Assembly: GCA_965240325.2 (NCBI GenBank)
Contig: OZ251224.1
Span: forward strand, 3,658,001-3,722,000
Length of the DNA: 64,000 bases
Source of the DNA: Rebecca billardiae RCC1528
Taxonomy: Eukaryota; Protista; Haptophyta
Direction: 5' to 3'
This document shows, one piece after another, positions 11,393-23,740 of this stretch (position 1 is its first letter; each line of letters starts with the position of its first letter). The position numbers were made by a program, and so were the translations under genes. A model generated the notes under the pieces. The model was not told the DNA's origin, searched no databases, and saw nothing but the letters and a program-made list of their open reading frames with translations.

Positions 11393-13165
11393 TGGCCCGC
11401 GGTGCAGGGCGGAGCGCGCAGCGTGGAGCCCGCACCAGCGGGCCCGAACCACGTTTCAAAAAGATCTTTGATCAAGAAAAAAGGGACGGGGGGCGATTTT
11501 TAGGGCTGGCGGAGACCGAGTTTCGAGTTTTTGAGATCGCATAGAGAGGTCTATTAGGCCGAAAATAACCGCGCCCAGCTGATTCCCTTAAGTAAAGTGC
11601 GATCTGGACGTCAGCTGGACGTGACATTAGTGTAACGGTTCGTTACGAGCGCGATTTTAAGTATGAGATTGCCGCCAACCGCGCCAACCGATAAAAACGG
11701 CAAGGCAAGGGATCGGCCTCATCGGGAAACTTGATCACATCTAACTGTGAATAGTAAAAAAAAGCAGCGCGACGAACCCGGGCGCGCCGGCCCTTGCGGC
11801 AGCCGCGGTCACGAACTCGCGAAGCTCAAAACAGGGGGCTGCACCCACACGGGCGAGCCCTCCTCCCTCGACCCGGCGACCATCGGTGTGGACGACCGCG
11901 CGGAGCGCGCGCCGCGCGCGCGGAGCGCGCGCGGCCGCGGGCGCCTCCCGCGCGGGCGGCGTACGCACGCCCGCGCGCCCGCCCGCGCGCGCGTCCGCGT
12001 TTGCGGGCGCGCGCGGATCAGCCATCAGGCTTCCGTGTCGGGGCGTTGCGTTCGACATGCGCCATGTCGTGCCATGTCGTCACGGCGTGCGCATGTGCGT
12101 ACTCTCGGTGGGGTGGTGCGCGGGCGGCGGCGCTCTCCTGATTTCTACCCCGCGCCCGTGTCGCTGTGCGTGCGCGCTGCGTCGCGCAGGCACGCAAGTG
12201 CGCGGGAGCCCGATCCGCGTGCTCGCGACCGGACGGCCGGCCGACGGCCGGCATCCGGCCGGATGGAGACAGAGCAGACAATTGACAGGCAGGTACTCGC
12301 GTGGAGGCGCTGGGCGCCGAGCCGGCGAAGCGCGATGCCGAGCTCGACGCGTGCGCGCAGAGGCGCTGGGCGCCGACCTGGCGAAGCGAGACGCCGAGCT
12401 CCACGCGCACGCGGACGCGCTGGGCGGTCGCGCTGCCCTTGTCGACGCCCTGCAGCAGCTCGAGCAGGTGTGGACGGCCCTCGAAGCGACCGTGGGCGAG
12501 CGCGCGCCGCTCAGCCTGCCGCTGGCCGCCGCCATCCTCGAGGCCGACGCGGCGGAGCAGGCGGCGGGCGAGCACGGCGGCGCGAGTGGAGCAGGGCACA
12601 CGTGCGCCGGGCGGCGGGCGCGACATGCCACTCGCTTCGTTCCACCCCGAGCTCCGCTCGGTCTGCGCGTGGCTGCGCAGCGTGGGCGGGCGGCAGTGGC
12701 GCGCGCTCTCGCCATGCCGGCCCGAGGCGCGCCGGCTGAGCGACCAGCGGCCCTTCGTCGAGCGCATGGCGCAGCGCGAGCACCTCAAGCTGAAGCAGGT
12801 GCGCCCGCACGCGCGCACGCGCCGGCCCGGCGCCGCGCGGCGCCTCTCGCCCTCTCGCCCTGCGCGCGCCGCCGCCCCGCTTCCCCGCGCGGCCCGTCCG
12901 CGCCTCTCGCCCTGCGAGCGCGCCGCCCCGCTTCCCCGCCGCGCGGCCCGTCCGCTGCGGTGTCCCATGCCACCCTTGGCCGTGCGCGCCCGCATACTCG
13001 CGCCGAGTCCGAGACTCGGTCTCGGGTCCGACTCTCCCTCTCAGAGTGGCTGAACTGTCTTTCTGACTCGGACTGACTGACTCGTCAGTCTCTGAATTCT
13101 CAACCACTGCGCCGCGGGCCCCCAACTGCGTTGGTTCTACGGAAAAGGACCGCGGAACGCGGTCA
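11393..13165 (+). mobile_element. non-autonomous Helentron/Helitron2-like element, copy E1
   Basis: 5' end TGGCCCGCGGTGCAGGG...GCACCAGCGGGCC (hairpin). Subterminal inverted copy GCGCCGCGGGCC at 13109-13120. 3' hairpin GACCGCG-GAA-CGCGGTC at 13148-13164. Both ends recur in three other copies in the window. Confidence 0.75.
12290..12960 (+). pseudogene. captured coiled-coil gene fragment (frameshifted) inside E1
   Basis: EALGA.LAKRDAEL..., LSLPLAAAILEADAAEQAAGEHGG and QRPFVERMAQREHLKLKQ followed by a GTGCGC intron donor. Homologous to the fragments in E2 and E4. Confidence 0.65.
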
Positions 13166-13471
13166 TATATATATTATTTATTTCTGACGACGAGTGACGC
13201 GCGATGATCATTAAGAAACTTGGTCATTGGCGCAGTACGTCCCGAGTGACCGACGGGTCCGGGTCGCGGCAAGTCAGTTTAACAGCATCAACTTAGCAGT
13301 GATGCCGTGCGGCGTATGCATGCAAGGCGTGCGATCGATATCGACTAAACGGCACCGCGCGACGATCAAATTACTTAATGTTAGGGCCGGGGGCATTTAA
13401 CTTACGCGGTCACTTATTAAAATATATATTATAATACCGTCGGTCAGTCCGTCGTGCAGGACTACAGATTA

Positions 13472-14677
13472 TTAGATGCCATATGTCCGCCGTGATCGAT
13501 GCCGGCGGCGGCAGCGCCAGACAACCCGATTTCTGCCGACGAACGGGAGGCGCGACAGCTGCACCACCCAGCCGCCGTCGTCCGCGTCGAAGCCGCGCCC
13601 GCGGCTTCTGTCAGCAGCAGCAGCTGCTGCTGCATCAGCAGCTGCGCCGGCGGGCGTCTGCTGTGCGACGCTTATTACTCCCAGGGAGTTCGCGCCGTTG
13701 TCACACGGGGTGCAGAGCTGCACAAGGTAGGTGCACAGACCGCTCGTCGACGTCACGCCTTGCCCAGCTCGCAGGCGGCGCTCCGGGAACAGGGAAGGGA
13801 ACACGCAGCACGGCACTGTGGCGAACGGCTTGCCCAGCGCGAGCGCCGCATGCACGATAGGGTCTGTGGCCTGGTCCGGGTGCATGCCGATGATCACGCT
13901 GGCCGCGCGCAGTGCGTTGAGGATCGCGGCGGCCTCATCGTCGCGCGGGCCGCCCTCGGCACCTTCCGCATGCGCCAGCCCCTCGCACGTGCGCAGGGTG
14001 ACGATGCCGCGCACGTGGTGCAGCAAAGGGTGTGGCGCGGCGGCGAGCTGGCGAGCGTCCGGCCCGAGGCTGGCTGGGTCGATGACTGTCGTCGGGATCG
14101 CGTGCTCTCGCACGAGCTGGGCGGCGATGTGGCCCTTGCCACCGCCGACGTCGACCACCCCGCCTCCGGCGCGGAGCTCGCTGGCGCCAAAGGTCTCGAC
14201 CAGCCAGCGCGCAAAGATCTCATGCCGCTCCTCCTTGCCCGCCTTGTGCTCAAAGTCGGCATCGGGGTCCGGCATCGGCTCGGCCGCCACGTCGATGAGC
14301 TCGCGCACGGCGAGGACGCGCACGCCATGCTGGTTCGGCTGCGGCTCGAGCACGCCGATGCATTCCACCGCGCAATTCGCCCATCCCAGGCCGCTGATGC
14401 GCTGCATGCGCGCAAACGCCTTGATGTCTACAGGCTCTCCGCGAAACGTGGTGATCGAGGGTTCGAGCATGATGTCCACGCAGTCACCCACGCAGAGCTC
14501 GGCCGGCATGGCTGCAAGACCCTCCACGATCGCCACGGAGCAGAACATCAGGCGCTTGCCGATGAGCCTAGTCTTGCGCACGTGCACGCGCACGTGGGCG
14601 GACGCCATCGACGACGCATCGGACGAGCGAGACGACGACGCTATTTTCTTGGTTTTCTCGGCCGGGGCCGCCGCCAT
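13472..14677 (-). CDS. SAM-dependent methyltransferase-like protein with a probable N-terminal OB-fold
   Basis: RHEIFARWLVETFG, VVDVGGGKG (motif I), IIGMHPDQATDPIV...KPFATVPCCVFP and LPFVGRNRVV. ATG at 14677. Confidence 0.75.
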   Translation of the reverse strand: MAAAPAEKTKKIASSSRSSDASSMASAHVRVHVRKTRLIGKRLMFCSVAIVEGLAAMPAELCVGDCVDIMLEPSITTFRGEPVDIKAFARMQRISGLGWANCAVECIGVLEPQPNQHGVRVLAVRELIDVAAEPMPDPDADFEHKAGKEERHEIFARWLVETFGASELRAGGGVVDVGGGKGHIAAQLVREHAIPTTVIDPASLGPDARQLAAAPHPLLHHVRGIVTLRTCEGLAHAEGAEGGPRDDEAAAILNALRAASVIIGMHPDQATDPIVHAALALGKPFATVPCCVFPSLFPERRLRAGQGVTSTSGLCTYLVQLCTPCDNGANSLGVISVAQQTPAGAAADAAAAAAADRSRGRGFDADDGGWVVQLSRLPFVGRNRVVWRCRRRHRSRRTYGI

Positions 14678-14779
14678 CGCGATTTCAGCGACGCGCGTTC
14701 GGCCCTTCAGCGGCGGCGCCGATCGAGTCTGGCTGGACCAGCTCCGGGCTCTTGGCGTTGGGCGCTCCAGGGCGCGGCG

Positions 14780-16727
14780 ATGGGGAATACGCACACGGTG
14801 TACCTGCCGCCCTGGGTCCCAACGACGCCCGAGGAAAAGGAGCACGCGGACGAGTACACGAAGGCCATTCGAGCGATCGCCCAGGTGCGCGCGAGCGCGC
14901 GCGCGCGGTTTTGACGGCAGGCGCACGGGGCGCAGCGGATGTGGCCGCTGGCTCACACGCACCGCCGGCACGTCTCGCGCGCAGGCTCCCCGCCACTTCG
15001 TGGAGCCCGACCCTGTCCACCAGAGCCCCGACTTCCCGTTCGACTGGTCCTCGCACCGCGACTTTGCCGAGGCGGCGTACCGAGGCGAGCCTCGCATCCA
15101 CAAGCTCCTGCCGCGGCTCGTGCCCAAGCGGGTGACAGAGGAGCAGTTCTGGCGGAACTACTTCTCGCATGTGTACGCGGTGAAGTGCCGGTACTCTGGC
15201 TCCGCCCCGCAGCCCGGCGCAGCCGCCGCCAAGGAGGACGGCCCGGCGCGGCTAGCGCGCGCCGCGTCCATGACGTCTCAGATCCCCTACCCGCGCCGGT
15301 TCGAGCTCGCCGCCAAGTACGTGCAGGAGGGGCCGTCGCTCCCGGCGGACGCCGCGCCGGGGGACCGCGTGCTGATGGACGCGCTCGCGCAGCAGGCCAC
15401 CATCGGCCCGTGCAACACCTCGCGCCCCGGGCTGTGGGACTCGGCCGAGGCGAAGGCGCGGCACGAGGCGTGGACCAAGCTGGGCGGCATGAGCAAGGAG
15501 GAGGCGATGCACCTGTACGTGCAGGCGCTCGAGATCTTCCGGAAGGACTGGGTGTTGTGGGAGGGCGTGGCGCTGGGGGACGGGGCAGCCCGGCCACCTG
15601 CCTCGCCGCCGCCCAAGCCGCCGCCCACCAGCGCGCCGCCGACGGCGCCCGTCGTGGGCTCGGCGGTGGCGGCGCCCCCGCCGGCAGACAAGGCCGCCAC
15701 ACCACCGCCGCGCGCCAACGGCGCGGCCGCGCACGCGGCCGCGGCGGGCAAGGGCGAGACGCTGTACCTGCTGGACATCTCGCCCTCCTCGCGCGCCGTC
15801 GCCGTGCTGCTCCGCGCGCTCCCCTCCGCGCGCGACGTGCACGTCGTCACGGTGCACCGTGTGTCGGACCTGCCTGACTCCGTACACAAGGGGTGCGCCA
15901 AGCTGCCGCTGCTGGTCGACGGCAAGAGCGGCTTCGAGCTGTGGGACGCGCACGCCATCATGGGCTACCTCGCGGACAAATACGCGCCGCCGCCGGCGCG
16001 CGCGCAGGTGCACCTGCCCGAGGACACGACCGGAAAGGCGAAGGTGCGCGTGCAGCTCTCCGCGCGCGCGAGAGGCGGCGCCCAGCCACGCGCCGAGTGC
16101 CACAGGTCAGGCGTCTGATGCCCTGAACGCGCGCGCGCGCGCGCGCTCGCGCGGCGCATGGTGCGCAGGTGCAGCAGTTCCTGGCGTACCGGCAAGCGAC
16201 GCTCTGGCCGGCGGTCCGTGACCACGTCTTCGCGCAGCTCTTCCCCTCCTCGCCGGTCTGCCCCGTGAGCCGCGGCACAGCGCTGCGCGAGTACGTGGAG
16301 AACGCGGAGCGCCGGCTGCAGATGGAGCTGAACAGGCTCAACACCGTCTTCCTCGAGGGCTCGCCCTTCCTCACGGGCGAGCGGCCGTCGATTGCGGACC
16401 TGTCGTGCGCGTGCGCCATCTCGCTGCTCGACTGGGTGTCGAGGTGCGCGCTGGCCGTGCGGCGATGGCCGGGCGGGCGCATCGCAGCACAGCCTGCGCG
16501 CACACTCACGCAGCTCGCGCCCACCGCCCCGCGGGCGCGTGTCGCGCGCGCGTGCCACCCTCCCCCACACCAGCCCCCGCGTCAGCCAGTACCCGCACGT
16601 GGGAAGGTGGTTTGCCGCGGTCAGCCAGCTCCCGGGATATGCAGACGTGTCGGAAACTCACAAGCGCTTCGCGTCGACGCCGAACAACGTGCAGCACACC
16701 CACTTTGCGCTCGCACTCATCGAGTGA
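14780..16727 (+). CDS. BSD domain - acyl-CoA-binding (ACBP) domain - glutathione S-transferase (theta-like) fusion protein
   Basis: Exons 14780-14884, 14985-16043, 16169-16443, 16574-16727. BSD: LVPKRVTEEQFWRNYF. ACBP: QQATIGPCNTSRPG..AWTKLGGMSKEEAMHLYV. GST-N: SPSSRAV..KLPLLVD..LWDAHAIMGYLADKY. GST-C: FLTGERPSIADLS..YPHVGRWF. Confidence 0.8.
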
Positions 16728-17244
16728 AGGTTGACAGCCAGCTGCTCCGCACGCGACCGCGATCTATCTGTCGGGATACGTTCACGGTGCCGTGCGTGCG
16801 GCACGCTGGGAAGCCGGACGGTGACCGGCATTGGGCGCGGGGCGGCAACCGTCTGAAAGTAAGCCGCGTGATCTATATGCGAAGCGCACGGGGCTCCAGC
16901 CACGGTCAGAGACACGGAAGCCCGTGAGTCGACTGAGTCGCGTACGTGAGCGTAACTTCGACTAGTTCGTCCGACACGCCGGGACAGACAGCGGGAGTTG
17001 ACACGGCTCCCGGCCGGATGGGTGGATGGCAGCAGCATTGGCGCGGAATCTAGGCCGCCGGACCGGCCGTCCCCGGCCCGCCGCCGGCCCAGCTGGCCCG
17101 CGTGGGGCCCGGCGGCGCGGCCTCCGAGTGGCGAGTCCGCGGCCGAGTCGCGGCCTCTGCATGTCCATGACGGCTCGGGAGTCGGGGCTGTATACTGCCA
17201 TCACTGTTATTCATGAGGACGCACTGCTGACGCCGTTCCGCCGC

Positions 17245-18084
17245 CTAGTTGTCCCAGCACGCGTTCATGAAGCGCATAGCGTAATTTTGGAAGCCCTCCA
17301 GGATGACAAAGCCGACCAGGATGTAGCGCGTGCCCGATGTGATCGGGTGACCGCCGTGCAGCACGCCGGACGCGTGCATCACCATCTCGCCGCGGTCGAT
17401 GCGCAGCGATCGGTCGATGGACTGGAACCACGTGCCGCCGCCCTCGAACTCGGAGCACTCGTTCAGCGCGATGTTGAAGCTGAGCACCGAGCCGTCGCGG
17501 TGCGGCTTGAGTTCTGTCTGGCCGCCTGCCGCCGAGTACTTGACAACAAACGCATCGGCGACGCGCAGGCTGGTCATGGACGCAGGGAGGGCGCCGGCAA
17601 ACTCCTGGCCGAGGAGCGGGAGGATGCGCTCTTTGAGCAGGGTGTTGAAGAGCTCGATCGACTCGGGCAAGTCGCTCACTGGGAGGTCCGTCGTGGGGTA
17701 TGAGCCATGGCGCTTGGTGGACCAGCCGCTCACAGCGGCAATGCGCTCCGACTCGTCAATGATTGTGCGGCACTCCTCTGGGCTCAGCACGGGCGTCGTC
17801 TTGACGATGGGCTGGAAGTCGCCCACCTCGACGGACACCGTCGGCCCGAACCGCTCCACGCCCACATCTGCCACCGCTGCTGTGCCCTCGTATGGGCCTG
17901 TGTAGAATCGCTTGAGCATTTCCTTGTACTCGGGAATCTGCCGCTCAGACACCATCGAGACGTGCGCAGGCGGTCTCCTGTGCGCACTCGCACACGCCAT
18001 TCTCAACCCCGAGCCGACGCGAGCGCGAGCCGCGTGCGCGCATGTCGTCAGCGTGAGCAGCACGAATGCACGCCTCCGAAGCAT
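17245..18084 (-). CDS. 2OG-Fe(II) dioxygenase (PLOD/lysyl-hydroxylase catalytic-domain-like) with a signal/transit leader
   Basis: WSTKRHGSYPTTDLPV, DAFVVKY..QTELKPHRDGS (HxD), FEGGGT, LHGGHPITSGTRYILVGF. The N-terminus MLRRRAFVLLTLTTCAHA is signal-peptide-like. Confidence 0.85.
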   Translation of the reverse strand: MLRRRAFVLLTLTTCAHAARARVGSGLRMACASAHRRPPAHVSMVSERQIPEYKEMLKRFYTGPYEGTAAVADVGVERFGPTVSVEVGDFQPIVKTTPVLSPEECRTIIDESERIAAVSGWSTKRHGSYPTTDLPVSDLPESIELFNTLLKERILPLLGQEFAGALPASMTSLRVADAFVVKYSAAGGQTELKPHRDGSVLSFNIALNECSEFEGGGTWFQSIDRSLRIDRGEMVMHASGVLHGGHPITSGTRYILVGFVILEGFQNYAMRFMNACWDN

Positions 18085-18327
18085 CGTCGCGTGGCTGCCG
18101 GCCTCCCAAGGAAAGCCGTCCACGCCTCGTCGGTGTTTGATCGCCAGTCGCGCGCCAGTGTGCTGCGGCTTGAGGCCACCTGTGAGATCAAGTTGAAAGT
18201 GATCTCGGAAACCGAGAACCAGGCGACGCTGCTTTCCTGTGCTGCCTGCCGGCCGCCGGGCGATTCTCAATTTCTCATCAGCCGAGCGACCGGCATCGCC
18301 CACCTCCGCAGTTGCATTCGCGACAAG

Positions 18328-21138
18328 ATGCCCGTGGACACCGCCAATCGGCGTGCGCTGGCTGCGCTGGCTAAGGCGCTCGGCTACGACGCCGATGGAC
18401 GCCCAACCATCAAGATCCCGACTCCTGAACAGGCGTTTCCCGACTCGTCTCCCCGGCGCGGAACTCGCCGGACCACTCCCGCCCGCGATGAGTGGGAGTC
18501 TCGAGACGTGTGGGATGGGCTCATCCACCTGATCTCCACGCCTGATACGAAGCTCACCCGTCTGGAAGTCCATCGGGAGATGTCCGACGAGTTCTGGACG
18601 ATGCTGTTCGATGCGCTCACGAAGCAGTCGTCGATGCTCAAGCGGCTGGTGGTGGTGGAGGAGATCTCGATCCCGGTCACGCTCGCGTGCAAGGTCGTCG
18701 GCATGATCCGGGAGAACCTGAAGCAGAGCTCGCCGCTGGACTTGGTCGAGTTTCACACGGTAGCGGGCGCGAAGACGCCCGAGGAGTTTGAACTGCTGGA
18801 GAAGGCGTCCATGGACGTCGCCCTCGCCATCCTGGGCAGCCCGCACAAGTTTGTCGTGAAGCTGGTCGAGGATTGGAAGTGGGACCCGCCCACGCTCACC
18901 TCGAAGCAGGTGGACCTCGAGGCGTCGGCAAGGGGGTACGTGAAGGCTGCTGCCGACCTGCCGCTCGAGCAGATCATCGAGCTCAACGCCAAGCTGATCA
19001 GCCTCGGCGACGGCGAGCTCGGCTGGGAGCAGTGCTACGCTTTCGCCGTCGAGGTCGCGATCGCCTTCTCGCTCGCCGCGCGCGAGCTGCGCTCGACGGA
19101 CCCCGAGCGCGCGAGCACGCTCGTGCGGGGTGGCGTGGCGATGCAGCTCGCGCTGTGCGGCGTGCTCACCGACCCCAAGCGCGGCGTGCTCTCCTTCAAC
19201 GACAGCAGGCTCCCTCTGCCCAGCGCCAAGACCCTCGACCGCGCGGCCACGGGCGGCTGCAAGGAGCTGCTCGCGCTGCCCCTCGTGCAGGCCGAGCACG
19301 ACGCGCTCTTCTTCGAGGGACACATCTGGGAGATCAAGCACGAGCTCACCGTGCTGCGCAAGCGGAAGGGCGAGCGCATCGCTGACGAGGACTTCTCCGA
19401 CGCCTTCTGCCGGCTCATGAAGGCGACCGTGGACGCCGTCGGCTACTTTTTGCTCTCGCTGGTACTCTTCCCGCTGCTGGTGCTGTGCCCGCCGCTGCTG
19501 TACGTCGAGCGCGCCCGCTGGCTCGTCGAGTGGACGCAGCTCGACAAGGTGTTCTTCACGTCGCCCGCGGGCCGGCTCGCGCTCGACTGGGCCGCCGGCG
19601 CGCTGCTCGTCTTCGTGATGATGAAGCTGCCGCCCTCGCTCAGCACGGACAGGGACGAGGACCTCGGCGAGTTTGCGCTGCTCGCGGCCGTGTACACGCT
19701 CCTGGCGTCGGTCGGCGCACTCGTGAACGAGCTGGAGGAGCTGGTCGGCCTCGGGCTGCTGCGCCGGCCCGGCGCGACTCTGCGGCACTACACATCCGAC
19801 CACTTCAACGTGTACGAATTGGCTGGCCTTGTGCTCGCGCTCGCCGTCTGCGTGCCGCACGTGGTCGCGGCGAGCCACTACGCGACGCTCGATCCGTACA
19901 TCGCCGTGAAGGAGTCTGTGTTCGGCCGCACGATATCCAAGGTGGGCGAGAGCGACCTGATTGACGGTGACGCCATCAAGGAGAACCTCAACTACTTCAC
20001 CTACTACGTGCACGTGACGCGCTCGGCGGCTGTGCTCTTCCTCTCCTTCAGGCTGATGCGGATCTTTTATCTGAGCGCCTCGCTCGGGCCGCTCATGCTG
20101 ACGATCCAGCTGATGCTGCGCGACACGCTGCGGCTCGTGTTCCTCGCCGTGCCCATCATGTTCAGCTTCGCGATCTCGCAGCACGTGCTCTTCGACGGGA
20201 CGGTGCCCACCGGCGAGCAGGGCTGCGCCACGGTGGGCGACCCGGATCTGCAGATGGATGCGGAGGAGGACTTCCGGCTCGGCCCGCTCAAGGCCTTTGT
20301 GGTCGAGCTCGAGATCTTCCTCGGCAACGCCGACTCGCGGCTCGAGTGCATGCGCCTGTCGTCCGCGGGGTACAGCGCGTGGGTGCTGCAGACGATGTAC
20401 ATGCTGGTCAGCGTGGTGCTGCTGCTCAACATGCTGATCGCCGTGCTCGCCAAGAGTGCGCGCCAGCGCGCCGCGCGGCATGCTGCCCACACACACCCCT
20501 GCGGCTACCGCCGTGCGCGCCGCGACCCGCTCGCTCAGCAGCCCCCCACCACGCCCACGCGCCGCACGCCGCGCGCCCCTCCTGCGTGACTGATCGCAGC
20601 CTTTGATCTCGTGTACGAGACAAGCGAGATCAACGCCATCTTCGTGAAGACCAAAGTGCTGCAGTCCGCCATGCGGCTGCCGTACGCACCGCCGCCGCTC
20701 AATCTCCTCGGCATCCCCGCGCGCGCCATCTGGTACTGCTGCGTGCAGACCCATTGGGGCAAGGACAACTTGAGGGAATACGCGCCGCTCGACGACTCAG
20801 ACGAGCAGCCGTCTCGGGCGGGCTCCATGACGGACAAGAGCAGGCCAGGGCGACGGCAGGACGCCCAGGTGACACGGAAGCTCAAGCGAGACGAGACTCC
20901 ACGGCTCGCGCGCATGGCTGCTGTCGAAAGCAGCTCTGCCACCGAGGAGGCATCTCGCAAGCGCAGCGAAGAGACCAAGAAGGTCGCCGTGAAGTATGTT
21001 TGGGGGCACCTCGCGGACACGGACGAAGACTCGCGCTGGCGGCGCACCCAGTCGCGGCGGATGGTCACGCTGGAGAAGAAGGTGGATCAAATCCTTGACG
21101 CCTGTACCAACTCCAAGTCCAAGGTGAAGGTAGGGTGA
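18328..21138 (+). CDS. TRP-like cation channel
   Basis: Exons 18328-20455 and 20600-21138. Multiple TM helices: FRLMRIFYLSASLGPLMLTIQLMLRD (S4-S5), VLLLNMLIAVLAKTFD (S6), and post-S6 PYAPPPLNLL. Confidence 0.8.
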
Positions 21139-21678
21139 CGATGACAAGGGAAAGCGCATGGCGCCGACCACTTATGACGTATTGCAACTTTCAAATATTT
21201 CTGCTGCATGGCATGGATCATGATGGTCGCGGCGACGCCGCGACATGGACTCTTCGTCGAAGATCGACGGGATCGACGCCGGACGGGCGGACGGAAGCGG
21301 CGGACGCCGGCCCGCCGACGGCGTCGACTGCGGACGGGCCGGCCGGCTGACGCGGCGCGGTCGCGGCCGCCGTCTAGGCGTCTTCGAGTCTCATCATCAC
21401 CGTTCATCTCATCTCATCTGTTGAGTGTTGATGACTGTTGATTATACTACAGACTGACATTATAATAACGACAGTCTGTTGACTGACTGCTGTTCCGTCT
21501 GTTCGCCGATCAGCGACGGTCGTGTCGGTCGTCGGTCCGTCCGCGAGTTCACGACACTGACAGTGACAGTACACTCATGCGACGACAGAGCAGTTATTGC
21601 GCTACTACTGCCTAACTATACTTGCTGCCGATGTCGTGAGTACTCACTGAGTCTTAACTACTCTTAGACTTAACAGTA

Positions 21679-22225
21679 CAGGCAATCGCGGGCAATAAGA
21701 ATAAGTCAGAGATCTCACGGCTAGTCTCATCACTTCATCAGTTTCTTAGCCGTTCGGTAGCCCGAGCGCCTACGGAGTCTCAGTTCTTCAGCTGGCGGTC
21801 CACCCGCCGCGCAGGCGCGGGGGGCGCAGGGGGGCAGAGCCCCCCGCCGTGAGTCTTTACGACTTTAGGCCCGGCCGGCGAGGCCGACGAAAGCTTTTGG
21901 GCTATTTTGGAGCAAATATGGCATGATGTTGCATGGATGCCGCGGTGCACTGGCCAGGAGTCCGTCACTGGAGAAGTCTGGACTTGGCCTGTACTCGTAG
22001 TCGGGCCGCGCGCCGCGTCCCACGGGCAGCGGTCCGTCCGGGCGGACCACGTCCGAGCCGCGACGACGTAGTCTCGGTTAGTCTTAGTGTGACTATGCGT
22101 CACTTAGCGAACCAGCCAATCGCTACAGTCTCAGCAGTTTCTAGGCCACTACTGATTCGGATCCGCAGATAGCAATAAGCTCCAGTTTCTTAACGTGACA
22201 GCTCCTTATTGCCCGCGATTGCCTG
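21679..22225. mobile_element. MITE, Tc1/mariner-type (21-bp TIR, TA target duplication)
   Basis: CAGGCAATCGCGGGCAATAAG at 21679-21699 and its perfect reverse complement at 22205-22225, with TA on both sides (21677-78, 22226-27). 547 bp, no coding capacity. Confidence 0.85.
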
Positions 22226-22742
22226 TACTAGTAAGTAGTAGACTAGTCGTAGCAAGCCGCTGAGTCGTCTCGGGCCGACCGGAGTAGTCGTCTCCGCCGA
22301 GATCTTAATCTTTTAAAAACAGTTTAATAGTTATTATTATTGGCAGTAGTGATTTTAAGGTATTATTATTATTGGCAGTAGTTATTTTAATTAACTTCAT
22401 GACCAAGCGCTGCTGAGTACTGGCGATGGCCTCTGCTTTGAGTCAGATTCTGCGGCCGCTGCCAACGGCAACGTGACCGTCGGCGTCGGTGACGACGCCT
22501 GGCGCAGCGCCGGCGGCACTCGACGATTCGCCGGTGCCCGGGACCTGCCAGGCTGATGGAATTTCTCACCATGATCTCACCATGATCCGAGCACTTGCAT
22601 CGAACCAGAACTGCGCACGTGCGGCACTTGCGTCGTCCAAGTCATGGAGCGCGTGCAAAACAGGATCACTGTGCGACCAGTCACATCACCTCCGGAGCCT
22701 GCGAAGAGCACTCAACCGTGCGATTAACGCCCCATGTCACGA

Positions 22743-23278
22743 TCAGTTCAAGCCAACGATGATGTTGTTGATCGGAATGAAGATCAACTTGACGAAGAAG
22801 CCAATGAATCCCATGATAGCAAAGCCAACCGACGTGGCGAATGCGATCTTGCCGAGCTCTGCGATAGGGCACACCGAGCAGTCCGCGGAGGCAGAGGGGG
22901 GAGGGGCGTCAGTTCGAAGGCAGGTTCATCATGCGCCATACGTGTGCAGGCGGCGCGGGAGGAGGAGGGAGGGATCCACGCAACGGCGTGGAGAGTCGAC
23001 ACTGCACGAACGCGCGCACGCACCGTTACGATCAGGCTTGGTGCATCGCTTGATCAGACGGATGCTGTCCCGGGTGAACTCCTTCGCTGGCTGCACATCC
23101 GCGTCATTTGCGAGCCGCCCGTGAGCGCGGAGTGCACGCGCAAAGGTGGGGTGTCAGCGGGGCGCACGCTAACACGCATTTCGCTCGGCTCGCATGCAGC
23201 TGAACTCGAGTGAGTCCCGTTGCCAATCAAGGGCGCCCCCCCCCCTCTCACCTTCACGATGAAGTCGACGGACTCCAT
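22743..23278 (-). CDS. SEC61G: protein transport protein Sec61 subunit gamma
   Basis: Exons 23278-23252, 23090-23024, 22858-22743 give [69 protein letters not shown]. Confidence 0.95.
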
Positions 23279-23740
23279 TTCGAGTGCCACGTAATCCCCA
23301 GTCCGGCTCTCCCAGCCGTGGTGCCATCGGGTGCCAAGACAATGGGTCCGGGAAAAAAGCCGGTGATGGTGGGTCCATGGTCTGATCAGCCTCAGGGGAG
23401 AGAGGAGGATTGGTTTGATTGAGTGACGAGCACGCACGTAAAGTGACTTGTGCTACAGGCACGAACGGGCCGTGGTCCGACGGACGCTGGCCCCGATGTC
23501 GCGCCGAAGTCTACCGCTGTCCATTCATTTGGTGATGGAACGCTGGGTCCTCTCGCAGATTCGCAGACCGGCTGACAGACCGGCGCGCGAGCTGATGACA
23601 GTCTGGAGAGACGAGAGAGGCTCGGAGAGTCGGCAGTGGAGTACTCCGAAGAGCACATCGCGACTGGCAGCTGCCCTCCGCCCATGTGAACCGGCAAGCG
23701 GCTGCCAACCGGCTGCGGGGCATATTGTGCTCGTGGCACA

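Noticed and set aside
13731-14984. Upstream half of the 795-aa plus ORF
   Set aside because: Antisense to the methyltransferase; the real gene starts at 14780 and splices into this frame.
18085-20754. N-terminal extension of the 1169-aa minus ORF
   Set aside because: Antisense to the TRP gene; the real oxygenase starts at ATG 18084.
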